DNA of 64,000 nucleotides. Source: a bacterium. GTDB taxonomy: Bacteria > Vulcanimicrobiota > Xenobia > Xenobiales > Xenobiaceae. The notes under the pieces were generated by a model, which saw nothing but the letters and a program-made list of their open reading frames with translations, made no database searches and was not told the origin of the DNA. Of this stretch, positions 7,666 through 17,801 are shown one piece after another. The translations under genes were made by a program, and so were the position numbers. Within the stretch, counting starts at the first letter, position 1, and each line of letters starts with the position of its first letter. The stretch spans positions 1,405-65,404 of the forward strand of contig JALHDH010000022.1 in NCBI GenBank assembly GCA_022839105.1, in the 5' to 3' direction.

Positions 7666-10209
7666 ATGTCCCCTCGCGTCGGAGGTCCCAACCCCTTCAC
7701 CGGCCTGGAGGCCCTGACCCGACCCTTCTCGGAGGAGGTCGGTTGCCTGCGGGATTCCGAACGGGTGACCCGTCCCGACCCGGCGGCGGACCGGGTCGAC
7801 GGGCGTTCCGTCGACCCCGGGCAGACCTCGCTGAGGAACCTGCAGGCCATGCGACAGACCGTGAAGGAGGCCGCCCAACCGGACAAGGCGCTCCAGAAGG
7901 TCCTGAGGAACCTCGACGGGCGTCGAGGCTCCGGCGCGGTGGTCTCCGGTTTTCTTGAGGGTCTGGCCTTGGATGTCTGGGATGCCGTCAAAGCTCCCTT
8001 CTCCCTGGCCAAGGATGGCCTGGAGGCGATGGCCTGGGGAGGCCTGGCCGCCTCACGGGCCCTCGAGGGCGCACGCCCTTCGCCGCCTGTCCGGCCGGCC
8101 ACGCCCCCTCCGGATTTCCAGGATGTGCCTCTCCGCAGCAAGGACCAGGGCCGCAGCGGCTACTTCCATTACGCATTGAAGGATGGGAGGATCTGGAGCC
8201 GTTGGGATCCCGTCCTGCCCAAGGCCCCCTTCTCGTTCCCCTGCGGTCACCCCATGACTCCCGAAGAGGGACAGGCCATGGTCGAGGATGGCGCCGGGCC
8301 CTACACCTATGCCTACGACGCCGAGAAGAACCGGGTGCTGGTGGAGCCGCGGCCGGATGCGGATCGGTTGGGCTTCAAGATGGTGGCCGGGCGCCTGCAG
8401 GAGGTTCCCAGGCAGGAGGCTTCGGCCTGGCACCTGCATGACGGCCTGGGCGGGCCGAGCCTCCCCGAGGGCGAGCATATCGTCGAGATCCAGGTGGCCG
8501 GGGACTTCATCGAGGCCCGCTCCAACACCAACAAGATGTATGCCTACGATCCCACCAAGCCCGACCCGGTGGGCTGGAAGGCCGAGCGGGGCTGTCCTTT
8601 CGGTGGCGAGGTGCACCTGCCTGAGGGAATCCGCGACTGGACCCTGGGCGAGGCGGTGACCATCAAGCCCAAGCGCACCTGCATCAAGGCCATGAATCCC
8701 TGGACCGACGTGGTCGGCTACTACGAGGATCCCGCCGGGCGCAAGGGAGACTTCAACTTCGTGGCCACCACCGGGGTCCTGACCGGGGATGGCCGCGAGA
8801 TCCGCTATCGCGACACCGGTCTGCCGGCTGACTTCACCCGGGGTTTCCTGACTCCGCATCACGGGCGCTTCCAAGGAGAGAAGATCGCCTCGGCGGGTTC
8901 GACCTGGCTTCTGTACGGGCGCGAGCCGGATGGGACTCCCGGTCTGTACGTCCGCATGATGGACTACGAGATCAACGGGGCCTGTCCCGGGAAGCGCTAT
9001 TCCTACAAGGAGAGCCCGTTCGATCCCGACAAGGTCTACTCGATGGCGGACATGGTCGAATTCCAGCCGCTGAAGCCCTGGGAGCGGGTTTCCTTCCCGC
9101 CGCTTCACGGCCAGGCAGCGCTGACCGATCGCATCGACCTCCTGCCCGTGGGACAGGGGAACCAGAGCCGCGAGATCCGCATCGAGGGCCGCGACGCCGA
9201 GGGCCGGACGGGATTCTACCACAAGAGGCTCGACCAGCAGGAGTGGGGCTTCCAGGTCAGCGGGCAGGCCCTCACCGGAAGTCCTGTTCCCGTGGGAAGG
9301 CCGGATCCCGAGCTCGGCACCCCCGGTCGGATCACGCTGGACTATTCGCAGGCACGGTGGGGGCGGGACCTGAAGAAGGCCCCGCTGGGCAACATCGAAC
9401 TGGTGGACTTCCATCCCTACCAGACCCAGGACCAGCCCAGCGTGCTGCGCTTCACCCTGGAATCCGGCAAGCAGGTGGAGGTCCTGCTGCGCACCGGCGA
9501 CGGCTACACCATGTTCAACGCCAGCCCCGAGGAGGCCGCCCTGATCGGTCAGGGTGCCGGCCTGCCCAAGGTCCTGGCCGGAACCCTGGAGGTCCCCGAC
9601 TCGGTCCTGCGCTCCGAAGACCCGGAGATCCGCGAGTTTGCCCAACGTCACCTGGAGAAGCTGCACCACCGCGAAAACCAGGTCATGGTCCTGGCTGATC
9701 GGGAGCGTCTGCGCCTGGTCTCGGGCTGGTATCACCGCAACTCGGACAAGGGGCTGGACTGGAGCCGGAATCCCCGCTGGGACATCACCTTGACCCGGGA
9801 TGCGCGGGGCGAGACCCCCTTCGAGAAGGTGGCCATGGTGCCCGAGCTGCGACCTGAGCCGGGCATGACCCGCGAGGAGCTGCACTCCCTCCTGGAGCGC
9901 AACCAGGCCACCGAGGCGGGCCTCAAGGCCGACCTCAAGGCGCGCAAGAGGGACCATCGCCTGCAGTGGCTTCGGGCCCAGGGCATCGAGCTGGCCCTCC
10001 GTGGCATCTCCCTGGCGGGGGCTGCCTTGAACCTGACCCAGGTCATCCGCTATGCCGCGCCGATCACCCAGTTGATGCCTCCCCTGATGGACGCCCACGA
10101 GAAGGCGCAATGGACGGCTGCCTGGAGCACTCCCCCGGGATACTCCCGGGCCCTGGAGGTCCTGGAGGAGAATCAGGCCCGCGCCCAGGAGCTGCTCGCA
10201 CAGACCTGA
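7666..10209 (+). CDS. Large hypothetical protein (~847 aa)
   Basis: Long ORF with host codon bias; GGAGG RBS before ATG 7666; no family recognised. Confidence 0.85.
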   Translation: MSPRVGGPNPFTGLEALTRPFSEEVGCLRDSERVTRPDPAADRVDGRSVDPGQTSLRNLQAMRQTVKEAAQPDKALQKVLRNLDGRRGSGAVVSGFLEGLALDVWDAVKAPFSLAKDGLEAMAWGGLAASRALEGARPSPPVRPATPPPDFQDVPLRSKDQGRSGYFHYALKDGRIWSRWDPVLPKAPFSFPCGHPMTPEEGQAMVEDGAGPYTYAYDAEKNRVLVEPRPDADRLGFKMVAGRLQEVPRQEASAWHLHDGLGGPSLPEGEHIVEIQVAGDFIEARSNTNKMYAYDPTKPDPVGWKAERGCPFGGEVHLPEGIRDWTLGEAVTIKPKRTCIKAMNPWTDVVGYYEDPAGRKGDFNFVATTGVLTGDGREIRYRDTGLPADFTRGFLTPHHGRFQGEKIASAGSTWLLYGREPDGTPGLYVRMMDYEINGACPGKRYSYKESPFDPDKVYSMADMVEFQPLKPWERVSFPPLHGQAALTDRIDLLPVGQGNQSREIRIEGRDAEGRTGFYHKRLDQQEWGFQVSGQALTGSPVPVGRPDPELGTPGRITLDYSQARWGRDLKKAPLGNIELVDFHPYQTQDQPSVLRFTLESGKQVEVLLRTGDGYTMFNASPEEAALIGQGAGLPKVLAGTLEVPDSVLRSEDPEIREFAQRHLEKLHHRENQVMVLADRERLRLVSGWYHRNSDKGLDWSRNPRWDITLTRDARGETPFEKVAMVPELRPEPGMTREELHSLLERNQATEAGLKADLKARKRDHRLQWLRAQGIELALRGISLAGAALNLTQVIRYAAPITQLMPPLMDAHEKAQWTAAWSTPPGYSRALEVLEENQARAQELLAQT

Positions 10210-10264
10210 GTCCTTCCTGAGGCCTCAGTGGGGGCGGCGACCTGGACCGGGGGAATCGGGCCCG

Positions 10265-11011
10265 TCAGGGGCAGCGGATGGCCTCCTCGGCCGGGAGCAG
10301 GTCCTCGAGTCGTGGCAACGGCTGTGTGGGCTCGGTCAGGTAGAAGCCCAGGTGGATCACCGCCTGGACCGTCCTGGAAATCTCATATCGGTAGATCCTC
10401 CAGCCGGGAACGGTGAAGACCCGGGTCGGCTTCATGTCGCTGGGGTGGATCGGGGCTGGATTTTCCGGGATCGCGAGGATCACGTCCTGGCGTGAGATCC
10501 CCTTCTGGGGTGAGAGGGTCAGGCTCAGAAGCCGTTGGTTGCCCTCCCCCTTGTGCAGGTAGGGGAGGTCCTTGAACTTCAACTGGTATCGGGCCCGGAG
10601 GTGCTGGCCGGCCTGCACTGCCTTCAGGGGCCGCAGGACGTGCATCAGGACTTCGTATTGCTGGTTGTCGGGATAGGGAGTCCGATCCAGGGTGAGCAGC
10701 TCCATGTCGGCGGTCCAGCGGGCCGTCGTCGCCTCATTGCCTTTCCAGACAGCCGTATTCGTGAAGGCGATGGCCTCCTGTCCCGGCTTGAGGGCCTCCA
10801 CGCAGCCCAGGAAATCGCAGGTCACGCCATCGGGGCGGAACTCCCAGAGTTCCGCAGCCTGGTTCAGGCGATAGGGCGGGTCTGCCGGAGTGTGCTCCGG
10901 GGTGGGGGGCGAGCCTGCCGCCCTGGGCGGCTGTCTCTTCGTGACGCAGGCCAGGCCAGAAAGGAGCAACAGGCACAGGAGGGATGCGGAGAGGATTCTG
11001 GCAAAGGGCAT
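10265..11011 (-). CDS. Hypothetical lipoprotein
   Basis: Signal peptide with lipobox-like LSGLAC followed by a Pro-rich linker. Confidence 0.75.
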   Translation of the reverse strand: MPFARILSASLLCLLLLSGLACVTKRQPPRAAGSPPTPEHTPADPPYRLNQAAELWEFRPDGVTCDFLGCVEALKPGQEAIAFTNTAVWKGNEATTARWTADMELLTLDRTPYPDNQQYEVLMHVLRPLKAVQAGQHLRARYQLKFKDLPYLHKGEGNQRLLSLTLSPQKGISRQDVILAIPENPAPIHPSDMKPTRVFTVPGWRIYRYEISRTVQAVIHLGFYLTEPTQPLPRLEDLLPAEEAIRCP

Positions 11012-11182
11012 TTCTCGACATTCCTCGGGCCGGGCTGGATTCCCGCTCGAAATTCCCCGGTTGCGGCTCGGAGGATCCTCCGCCCTTCTGGCGTCCTGGC
11101 TTGGAGTCTGTTATCTTGTGCTCAGGAGGGATGGTCCGCTCGGGACCAGACCCCTGCATAGATTCAGGACCCCGAGGTTCTC

Positions 11183-11929
11183 TTGGAACAGCCGTCATCT
11201 CATGCCGGATATGGTGGCTCTCAGGCCTTTCGAGAGGCCATGGATGTCAACATGCGGATGGCGATGGCCCAGGCCCGGCACATCACACCCGATGGGGCCG
11301 ACATCAAGCTGCCCTCCTTCACCTTGAGCTGGGATGTCTGGCCGCCCCACTTCCGGGCCGGCAGTCGGATCGAGTTCGACCCGCTTCCCCTGGAATCGGT
11401 CCGCCTGGCCGATTTCGTGGTGGTGCAGACCAGCCGTGGACCAGCCATCCGCCGCTTCGTCCGCTGGGCCTATGATGGCGATCGGGTCAGCATGGTGACC
11501 CTGACGCGTCCTCGCAGCAGGGAGATCGAGACCCTGCCGGGCACGGCCTTCCTGGGGATCGTGGCCTTCGTCGTCCGCGAGGAGCGGATCTCCGAGCCCA
11601 ACAAGCGCAATGCCTGGGAGCGGACGCGGGCCTTCCTGACCGGAGGCGGAACTTCTGGCCCCATCAAGGAGATCCGCGAGCTGATCCGGGACGTGATCCT
11701 GGTCCTTCAGAGCCGGAAATCCGACAAGCCCAAGACCAAGGGGTTCTTCCAGGCCTTGCGCGAGGTTCGGGAATATCACCGGCAATGTGAGGAGGAAGAG
11801 GCCCGTCGCAAGGCCCAGAGCCTGGCCGCCCTGCAGGAGGCCAGGAGCCTGGGTGGAGGGGAACCCCCGCTCGGGAGCGACGCGTCGATCTCCAGGCTTC
11901 GAAACCCTCGTCCCCCAGCCAGGGGTTGA
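11183..11929 (+). CDS. Hypothetical protein with degenerate S24/S26 peptidase-like beta domain
   Basis: DVWPPHFRAGSRIEFDP...RLADFVVV...PAIRRFV resembles the S26 pattern SMxPxxxxGD...GDIVV...HR; start uncertain (11183 or 11240). Confidence 0.55.
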   Translation: MEQPSSHAGYGGSQAFREAMDVNMRMAMAQARHITPDGADIKLPSFTLSWDVWPPHFRAGSRIEFDPLPLESVRLADFVVVQTSRGPAIRRFVRWAYDGDRVSMVTLTRPRSREIETLPGTAFLGIVAFVVREERISEPNKRNAWERTRAFLTGGGTSGPIKEIRELIRDVILVLQSRKSDKPKTKGFFQALREVREYHRQCEEEEARRKAQSLAALQEARSLGGGEPPLGSDASISRLRNPRPPARG

Positions 11930-12136
11930 ACCGTCGGGCCGCCCTGGGGGCTTGAGCCCGGGGCGGCGTCTCTGTGTGTGGGGCGCCTCTTCTGCTTTGT
12001 TCGTCCCGGCAGGACCCGGGTCGGCTCTCCGGAACATGCCGTCCGCTGCAAGCGACCGGCCGGGACTCGGGCCGAACCCGGCTTCGGGGGCGGCCATCCC
12101 GGACATCGGGCTTGCTCCGAGGATCCGGAGGTTCTC

Positions 12137-12652
12137 TTGCCCCCTGCCGCTGGAGTCGTCGTCCGCCCGGCATCGTCTTCCGACATCCCGGCCATCATCG
12201 ACCTCGCCGTCGCGATGGTCGTACACTCTGTTTCGCCCCTGCGCGAGGCTGCCTTGGAGGCGGTCCAGGAATATCGGAGGGCGGATCTGCAGGCCCTGCA
12301 CGAGGTCCTGACCCTGCCTGAATCCGGGATCTTCGTGGCCGAGGATCGCCAGGGCAGGCTGATCGGCCACGTGATCGCCATGGCCGGCCGCAGCGAGTCC
12401 TCGACCGGAGAGTTGCAGGGCTGGATCTTCGATCTTTCGGTGGCTCCGGATTTCTGGGGCACGGGCGTGGCCCACAGCCTCCTCCAGCGGGCTGAAGATT
12501 TCGTGATGGCGCGGGGATTGCGCTTCCTGGGGCTGGGGGTCACCAGCGCCAACAAGCGTGCCCTGGCCTTCTACGAGCGCCTGGGTTATCAGGAGGAGCG
12601 CAAGCAGATGGTCAAGACCCTCTCAAATCGCGTCCTGGAGGATGAACCTTGA
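12137..12652 (+). CDS. GNAT family N-acetyltransferase
   Basis: DLSVAPDFWGTGVA motif A and NKRALAFYERLGY motif B; TTG start after GGAGGT. Confidence 0.92.
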   Translation: MPPAAGVVVRPASSSDIPAIIDLAVAMVVHSVSPLREAALEAVQEYRRADLQALHEVLTLPESGIFVAEDRQGRLIGHVIAMAGRSESSTGELQGWIFDLSVAPDFWGTGVAHSLLQRAEDFVMARGLRFLGLGVTSANKRALAFYERLGYQEERKQMVKTLSNRVLEDEP

Positions 12653-14184
12653 AGACCTTGCTCTCTCCCGTCCTGCTGGACGGCAAAAGCCTGGACCTGA
12701 CCTCGCTCGAGGAAATCGCCGGGGGCCGGAACGCCGCCTTGGACCCGGAGGTTCTTCCGGCCATTCGCGCCTCGAGGCAGGTAGTGGACGATCTCCTGGC
12801 CCGAGGTGAGGTGGCCTACGGTCTGAACACGGGATTCGGACGCCTGGCGAATCGCAGGATCGAACCCGACCAGGTCCGCGAGCTCCAACGCAACCTGGTG
12901 CTCAGCCACTGTGCGGGGATGGGGCCCCATCTGCCGGATCGCGCCGTGCGCGCGATGATCGCCTTGAGGGTCAATGCCCTGGCCTGCGGCCTGTCGGGCG
13001 TCCGGGTCGAGCTTCTGGAGGCCCTGCTGGCCCTGCTGGAGCACGGAATCCACCCTCGCGTCCCCTCGCGGGGCTCGGTCGGCGCCAGCGGTGATCTGGC
13101 TCCGCTCTCCCATATCGCCCTGGGCCTGCTCGGCGAAGGGGAGGTCTCCTGGCGGGGCCGCGTGCTCCCGGCCGCCGAGGCCCTGGCCGCCGAGGGGCTC
13201 TCTCCGCTGGTCCTCGAGGCCAAGGAGGGCCTGGCCCTGATCAACGGGACCCAGTTGATGACCGCGCTGGGCAGTCTCACCCTGGCCCGGGCCGCCCGTC
13301 TGCTCCGCTGTGCCGACGTGATCGGCGGGATGTCGGTCGAGGCCCTGATGGGGACCGACGCGAATCTGCACGCCCCTCTCCACTCGGCCCGCCCGCATCC
13401 CGGGCAGATGGCGGCCGCCGAGACCCTGAGGCGGACCCTGGCGGGCTCGCCCGCCATCGCCTCCCATCGGGGGTGCCCCAGGGTTCAGGATGCCTATTCC
13501 CTGCGCTGCATGCCCCAGGTGCACGGAGCCGCCCGGGAGGGCTGGCGCTTCGCCGCCGAGATCCTGCAGCGGGAGATGAATTCGGTCACCGACAACCCGC
13601 TGGTCTTCCCCGAATCGGGTCAGGTCGTCAGCGGCGGCAACTTCCACGGGGCTCCCGTGGCCCTGGCCCTGGATGCGGCGGCCGTGGCCCTGGCCACCCT
13701 GGGGACCATCTCCGAGCGTCGCTGCGATCGTCTGCTGGCCGGCAACGATGGCCTGCCTTCATTCCTGGCCGTCAACCCCGGACTGCATTCCGGCCTGATG
13801 ATCGTCCAGTACACTGCGGCGGCCCTGGTCAACGAGAACAAGGTCCTGGCCCATCCCGCCAGCGTGGACACGGTGCCCACTTCGGCCGGGCAGGAGGACC
13901 ACAACAGTCACGGCCCCACCGCTGCCCACAAACTCGAGCAACTGGTGGCCAACCTCGAACGGATCCTGGCCTGCGAGTGGGTCTGCGCCGCCCAGGCGCT
14001 GGAGTGCCGCCGTCCCCTGGGTTTCGGACCGGGTACCGAAGTGGCCCTTTCCGTGCTGAGGCAGGTGGTGTCCGTCCTCCAGGCGGATCGTCCCCCTCAT
14101 CCCGATCTGGAGGCGGCTCGAGGCCTGCTGGAGGACGGGACCCTCTGGCGCGAGGTGGACAAGGCCTTGGGACCGCTCCCTTGA
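12649..14184 (+). CDS. hutH: Histidine ammonia-lyase
   Basis: GSVGASGDLAPL (MIO-forming ASG), YGLNTGFG, QDAYSLRC, SGGNFHG. Confidence 0.95.
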   Translation: MKTLLSPVLLDGKSLDLTSLEEIAGGRNAALDPEVLPAIRASRQVVDDLLARGEVAYGLNTGFGRLANRRIEPDQVRELQRNLVLSHCAGMGPHLPDRAVRAMIALRVNALACGLSGVRVELLEALLALLEHGIHPRVPSRGSVGASGDLAPLSHIALGLLGEGEVSWRGRVLPAAEALAAEGLSPLVLEAKEGLALINGTQLMTALGSLTLARAARLLRCADVIGGMSVEALMGTDANLHAPLHSARPHPGQMAAAETLRRTLAGSPAIASHRGCPRVQDAYSLRCMPQVHGAAREGWRFAAEILQREMNSVTDNPLVFPESGQVVSGGNFHGAPVALALDAAAVALATLGTISERRCDRLLAGNDGLPSFLAVNPGLHSGLMIVQYTAAALVNENKVLAHPASVDTVPTSAGQEDHNSHGPTAAHKLEQLVANLERILACEWVCAAQALECRRPLGFGPGTEVALSVLRQVVSVLQADRPPHPDLEAARGLLEDGTLWREVDKALGPLP

Positions 14185-14257
14185 GGGGCGGGGCAGGGGT
14201 TCTCCCGGGGCAGGCAGAAATCGGTCCGATATTTCGATATGGTTGAGGTTCCATACC

Positions 14258-16372
14258 GTGGCAAGGAAGCCCCGACTCCGCTCTGATTCGGATTCCATCG
14301 AGAACGCCGCCGAGCTGACCCTGGAAGCCAGGATGGGTCGCCTGGAGACCGAGGTCGAGGAGATCAACCTCACCAGTTCGGTCCAGGCCAAGGATCTGCA
14401 GACCCTGCGGGCCCGGATCGAGCAGCTCAAGAACGAGATGGACGAGATCTCCGAGGGGGCCTCGGCAGAGGATCTGGCGCGGGTGGAATCCGCCTTCGCC
14501 GCCCTCGAGGGGCGCCTTCAGGATGTCGAATCCTCCCTGATTTCCCGGGCCGCCGAGATTGAATCGGTGCGCGAGGAACTGGCTCAACACGGCCGGCAGG
14601 CCGCCGAGGCGGCGGATCAGACCCGCAAGCGCCTGGAGGAGCTGGTCCAGGGCGAGGAGGCGGCCGCCCGCTTCCAGGAGACCCTGAAGACCCTTCGCGC
14701 CGAGTTCGAGAAGCGTCTGGACGAGCTCCGGAGCGGGATCGAGCAGAGCGTGGCCCGGACCCGGCTTGAAGAGCTCGAGGCCCTTCACCGGGAGTTCTCG
14801 GGTCGCCTGGAGGACGTCTCGGGCCGGGTCGAGGCGGCGCGTCAGACCCTGCGCACCGAGCTGGATTCGGTCCACGAGGTCATGCGGGCCGACCTGGACA
14901 AGCTGCGCAAGGAACTCCAGGCCGCGGCTCCGGCGCAGGAAATCCAGACCGTTCAGGCCGATGTGGCTTCCCTGAAGTCCTCGTTGGGGGAGGCCGGGGA
15001 TCTGGGGCAGAAGGCCCGAGAGGCCTTGGAGTCGGTGGCCGATCTCGAGAAACGCCTGCGCGAGACCGAGGCCCGCTTCCAGGAACTGCACGAGAGGGTC
15101 GGCGAGGCGGCCTCCCGGGTCGAGGGTCAACTCGAGAAGATCGACCTGGCCACCCGCCTGGCCACCCAGCTCGATGAGCGGGTCCGCAGGGTCGGAGGCA
15201 CCGTGGAGATCGGCGGGCTGGACGGAGACCTGGAGTTCGAGGAGCCCGATACCGAGGGGCTGGGTTTCGAGCTGACCGACCTTCTGCAGGTGATGATCAA
15301 GCACCAGGCCTCGGACCTGCACCTGAAGGTGGGGACGCCACCGACGGTCCGCCTGGACGGAGAGCTGATCCCGGTGGGCAACCAGGTCCTTTCGCCCAAG
15401 GACGCCCGCAACCTGATCCTCTCGGCCATGAGTCCGCATCAGAGGCGCCAGTTGGCACGCAAGCGCGAGGTCGACTTCGCGCATGCCTCTCCCACGGCCC
15501 GCTTCCGGGTCAACGCCTTCATGGAGAGGGGCAACCTGAGCGCGGCCTTCCGCATGCTGCGCACCGAGATGCCGAGCCTGGAGGAGTTGGGTCTGCCGGC
15601 CGTCCTCAAGACCATGGCCTCCCTCAACAACGGGCTGATCCTGGTGACCGGCCCGGCGGGGAGCGGCAAGTCGACCACCCTGGCAGCCTTGATCGACCAC
15701 ATCAACACCACCCGCAAGACCCACGTGATCACGGTGGAGGACCCGATCGAGTTCTTCCACAAGGACAAGCTCTCGCTGATCACCCAGCGGGAGGTGGGCA
15801 GCGACACCGCCTCCTTTGCCGAAGCCCTGCGTCAGGCCCTGCGCCAGGACCCGAACGTGATCATGGTGGGGGAGATGCGGGACCCCGAGACCATCATGAC
15901 AGCCGTGGTGGCGGCCGAGACCGGACATCTGGTGCTCTCCACCCTGCACACGCCGAACACGGTCCAGGCCGTGGACCGGATCATCGACACCTTCTCGGGC
16001 GAGCTTCAGCGACAGTTCCGGCTCCTGCTGTCCAACAGCCTCAAGGGCGTGGTCTCGCAGCGCCTGCTCTCCCGGGCCGACGAGAAGGGCCGGGTTCCGG
16101 CCACCGAGGTCATGGTGGTCACCCCCACGATCTCGTCCTTGATCCTCGAGGGCAAGACCGAGGAGATCTACCCCTACATCCAACAGGGCTCCAGCGACGG
16201 CATGCAGACCTTCACCCAGTCCTTGCTGCGCCTGTACGAGGCTGGCCTGATCAACAAGGAGGAAGCCCTCTTCCACGCCGATCAGCCGACCGAGTTCCGC
16301 CTGGGCGCCGAAGGTCACTCCACCGACACCTCTTCGGGACTGACCGACGACACCCTGATGAACTGGTTGTAG
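14258..16372 (+). CDS. pilT: PilT/PilU family type IV pilus retraction ATPase with ~320-aa N-terminal coiled coil
   Basis: ASDLHL, Walker A GPAGSGKST, TVEDPIE, ALRQDPNVIMVGEMRD, STLHT; E/L/R-rich heptad N-terminus. Confidence 0.9.
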   Translation: MARKPRLRSDSDSIENAAELTLEARMGRLETEVEEINLTSSVQAKDLQTLRARIEQLKNEMDEISEGASAEDLARVESAFAALEGRLQDVESSLISRAAEIESVREELAQHGRQAAEAADQTRKRLEELVQGEEAAARFQETLKTLRAEFEKRLDELRSGIEQSVARTRLEELEALHREFSGRLEDVSGRVEAARQTLRTELDSVHEVMRADLDKLRKELQAAAPAQEIQTVQADVASLKSSLGEAGDLGQKAREALESVADLEKRLRETEARFQELHERVGEAASRVEGQLEKIDLATRLATQLDERVRRVGGTVEIGGLDGDLEFEEPDTEGLGFELTDLLQVMIKHQASDLHLKVGTPPTVRLDGELIPVGNQVLSPKDARNLILSAMSPHQRRQLARKREVDFAHASPTARFRVNAFMERGNLSAAFRMLRTEMPSLEELGLPAVLKTMASLNNGLILVTGPAGSGKSTTLAALIDHINTTRKTHVITVEDPIEFFHKDKLSLITQREVGSDTASFAEALRQALRQDPNVIMVGEMRDPETIMTAVVAAETGHLVLSTLHTPNTVQAVDRIIDTFSGELQRQFRLLLSNSLKGVVSQRLLSRADEKGRVPATEVMVVTPTISSLILEGKTEEIYPYIQQGSSDGMQTFTQSLLRLYEAGLINKEEALFHADQPTEFRLGAEGHSTDTSSGLTDDTLMNWL

Positions 16373-16376
16373 CCTG

Positions 16377-17126
16377 ATGTCCATCGCGTTCGGGGGCTTC
16401 GGCGACCCCTTCGCCGACCCGGTGCAGACCCAGGAGACCCCGACGGTCCGCTCTCGGCTCGGCCAGATTCGCGAGGCGGTCGACCGGGTCTGTCTGAGCA
16501 CCGGCCGGGACCCCAACTCCGTCCGCCTCCTGGGGGTGACCAAGACTCTGACCCCCGAGCAGATCCGTCCTGCCCTGGAGGCCGGGTTGGAGGATCTGGG
16601 CGAGAACTACCTCCAGGAGGCCCGCGAGAAGGCCACCCGGCTTCCAGGGGCGCGCTGGCATCTGATCGGACATCTCCAGCGCAACAAGGTGAACCTGGCG
16701 GTGGATCTCTTCGAGACCATCCACACCCTGGACTCGATCCCCCTGATTCGCCGCCTGGATCGGCGTTGCACGGAGCGGGGGCGCAACCTGCCCTGCCTGC
16801 TCCAGATCCGGCTGGGGGGCGAGGAGACCAAGCACGGCATCGAACCCGACCAGGTCTTCCCGCTCCTGGACGAACTCCGCGGCGATCCTCCGCGTTCGCT
16901 GCGCCTGGTCGGCCTGATGTCGATCCCCCCCCCGGGACCCGACGCCGAGGCCAGTCGGCCTCATTTCCGCAGGCTGCGCAAGTTGTTGGAGGCCATCCTG
17001 GAAAGAGGCTATCCCTTCTGGCATGGCCGCGAGCTTTCGATGGGCATGAGCGACGACTATCTGGTGGCGGTCGAGGAGGGGGCGACCATGATCCGCCTGG
17101 GTCGGGCCATCTTCGGCGAGCGTTGA
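16377..17126 (+). CDS. yggS: PLP homeostasis protein YggS
   Basis: VTKT, GENYLQE, WHLIGHLQRNK, LSMGMSDD motifs. Confidence 0.97.
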   Translation: MSIAFGGFGDPFADPVQTQETPTVRSRLGQIREAVDRVCLSTGRDPNSVRLLGVTKTLTPEQIRPALEAGLEDLGENYLQEAREKATRLPGARWHLIGHLQRNKVNLAVDLFETIHTLDSIPLIRRLDRRCTERGRNLPCLLQIRLGGEETKHGIEPDQVFPLLDELRGDPPRSLRLVGLMSIPPPGPDAEASRPHFRRLRKLLEAILERGYPFWHGRELSMGMSDDYLVAVEEGATMIRLGRAIFGER

Positions 17127-17242
17127 CTCAGGGGAACGCGAGCACGACGCGTCGGCCAGGAGGAAACAGGGGGCTTGGAATTGAATTGCCGTCAACGGCC
17201 TTGGGGGGCCAGCGCGGGCGAACCGGACCACGGAGGTGTCGA

Positions 17243-17776
17243 GTGGGTGCCAGCATGATGGAGAAACTCCGCCGTTTCTTCACGATGGACGAGGAATACA
17301 GCCAGTCCGAGGAGCTCTCCTCGGATGCGGCCATGGCTGCGCCCCCGGCCGGCGCCCGGCGTGAGGGGCGGGCCCGTGGCACCCTGATCGGCCTGCCTTC
17401 GCCCAAGAAGCAGGAGGTCCTGATCCTCGAGCCGGGCACCTTCGCCGAGGCTCGCGAGATCGCCGAGGCGCTCAAGGTCAAGAAGTGCATCATCCTGAAC
17501 ATGCGCCGGACGGACAAGGAGTTGTCGCGGCGCATCGTGGACTTCCTCTCGGGCATCTCCTACGCCCTGGACGGGTTCACCCAGAAGGTGGCCGATCAGA
17601 TCTACCTTTTCACCCCGAGCCACATCGAGATCTTCGTCCCGGATCGCCAGGCCCCGGAGGCCGGGGGGGGCGCAACCATGATGGGAGGAACCGGTGTGAG
17701 CGGGGTTCCCGGGATGGGCGCGGCTCCGGGGACCGATTACGATTCCGGAGGTTACGGAGCCGCTGGCTTCCGTTGA
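17243..17776 (+). CDS. sepF: Cell division protein SepF
   Basis: RRIVDFLSGISYALDG...IYLFTP motif; yggS-sepF synteny; GTG after GGAGGT (alternative ATG 17255). Confidence 0.93.
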   Translation: MGASMMEKLRRFFTMDEEYSQSEELSSDAAMAAPPAGARREGRARGTLIGLPSPKKQEVLILEPGTFAEAREIAEALKVKKCIILNMRRTDKELSRRIVDFLSGISYALDGFTQKVADQIYLFTPSHIEIFVPDRQAPEAGGGATMMGGTGVSGVPGMGAAPGTDYDSGGYGAAGFR

Positions 17777-17801
17777 TCTCGCCCCGGGCCCCGGGGGCCT
17801 C

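Noticed and set aside
13829-16543. Long antisense ORFs (also 43504-46053, 58958-61858, 21626-23818, 8053-10110, 6003-8141)
   Set aside because: Shadow frames of well-supported genes, expected in high-GC DNA
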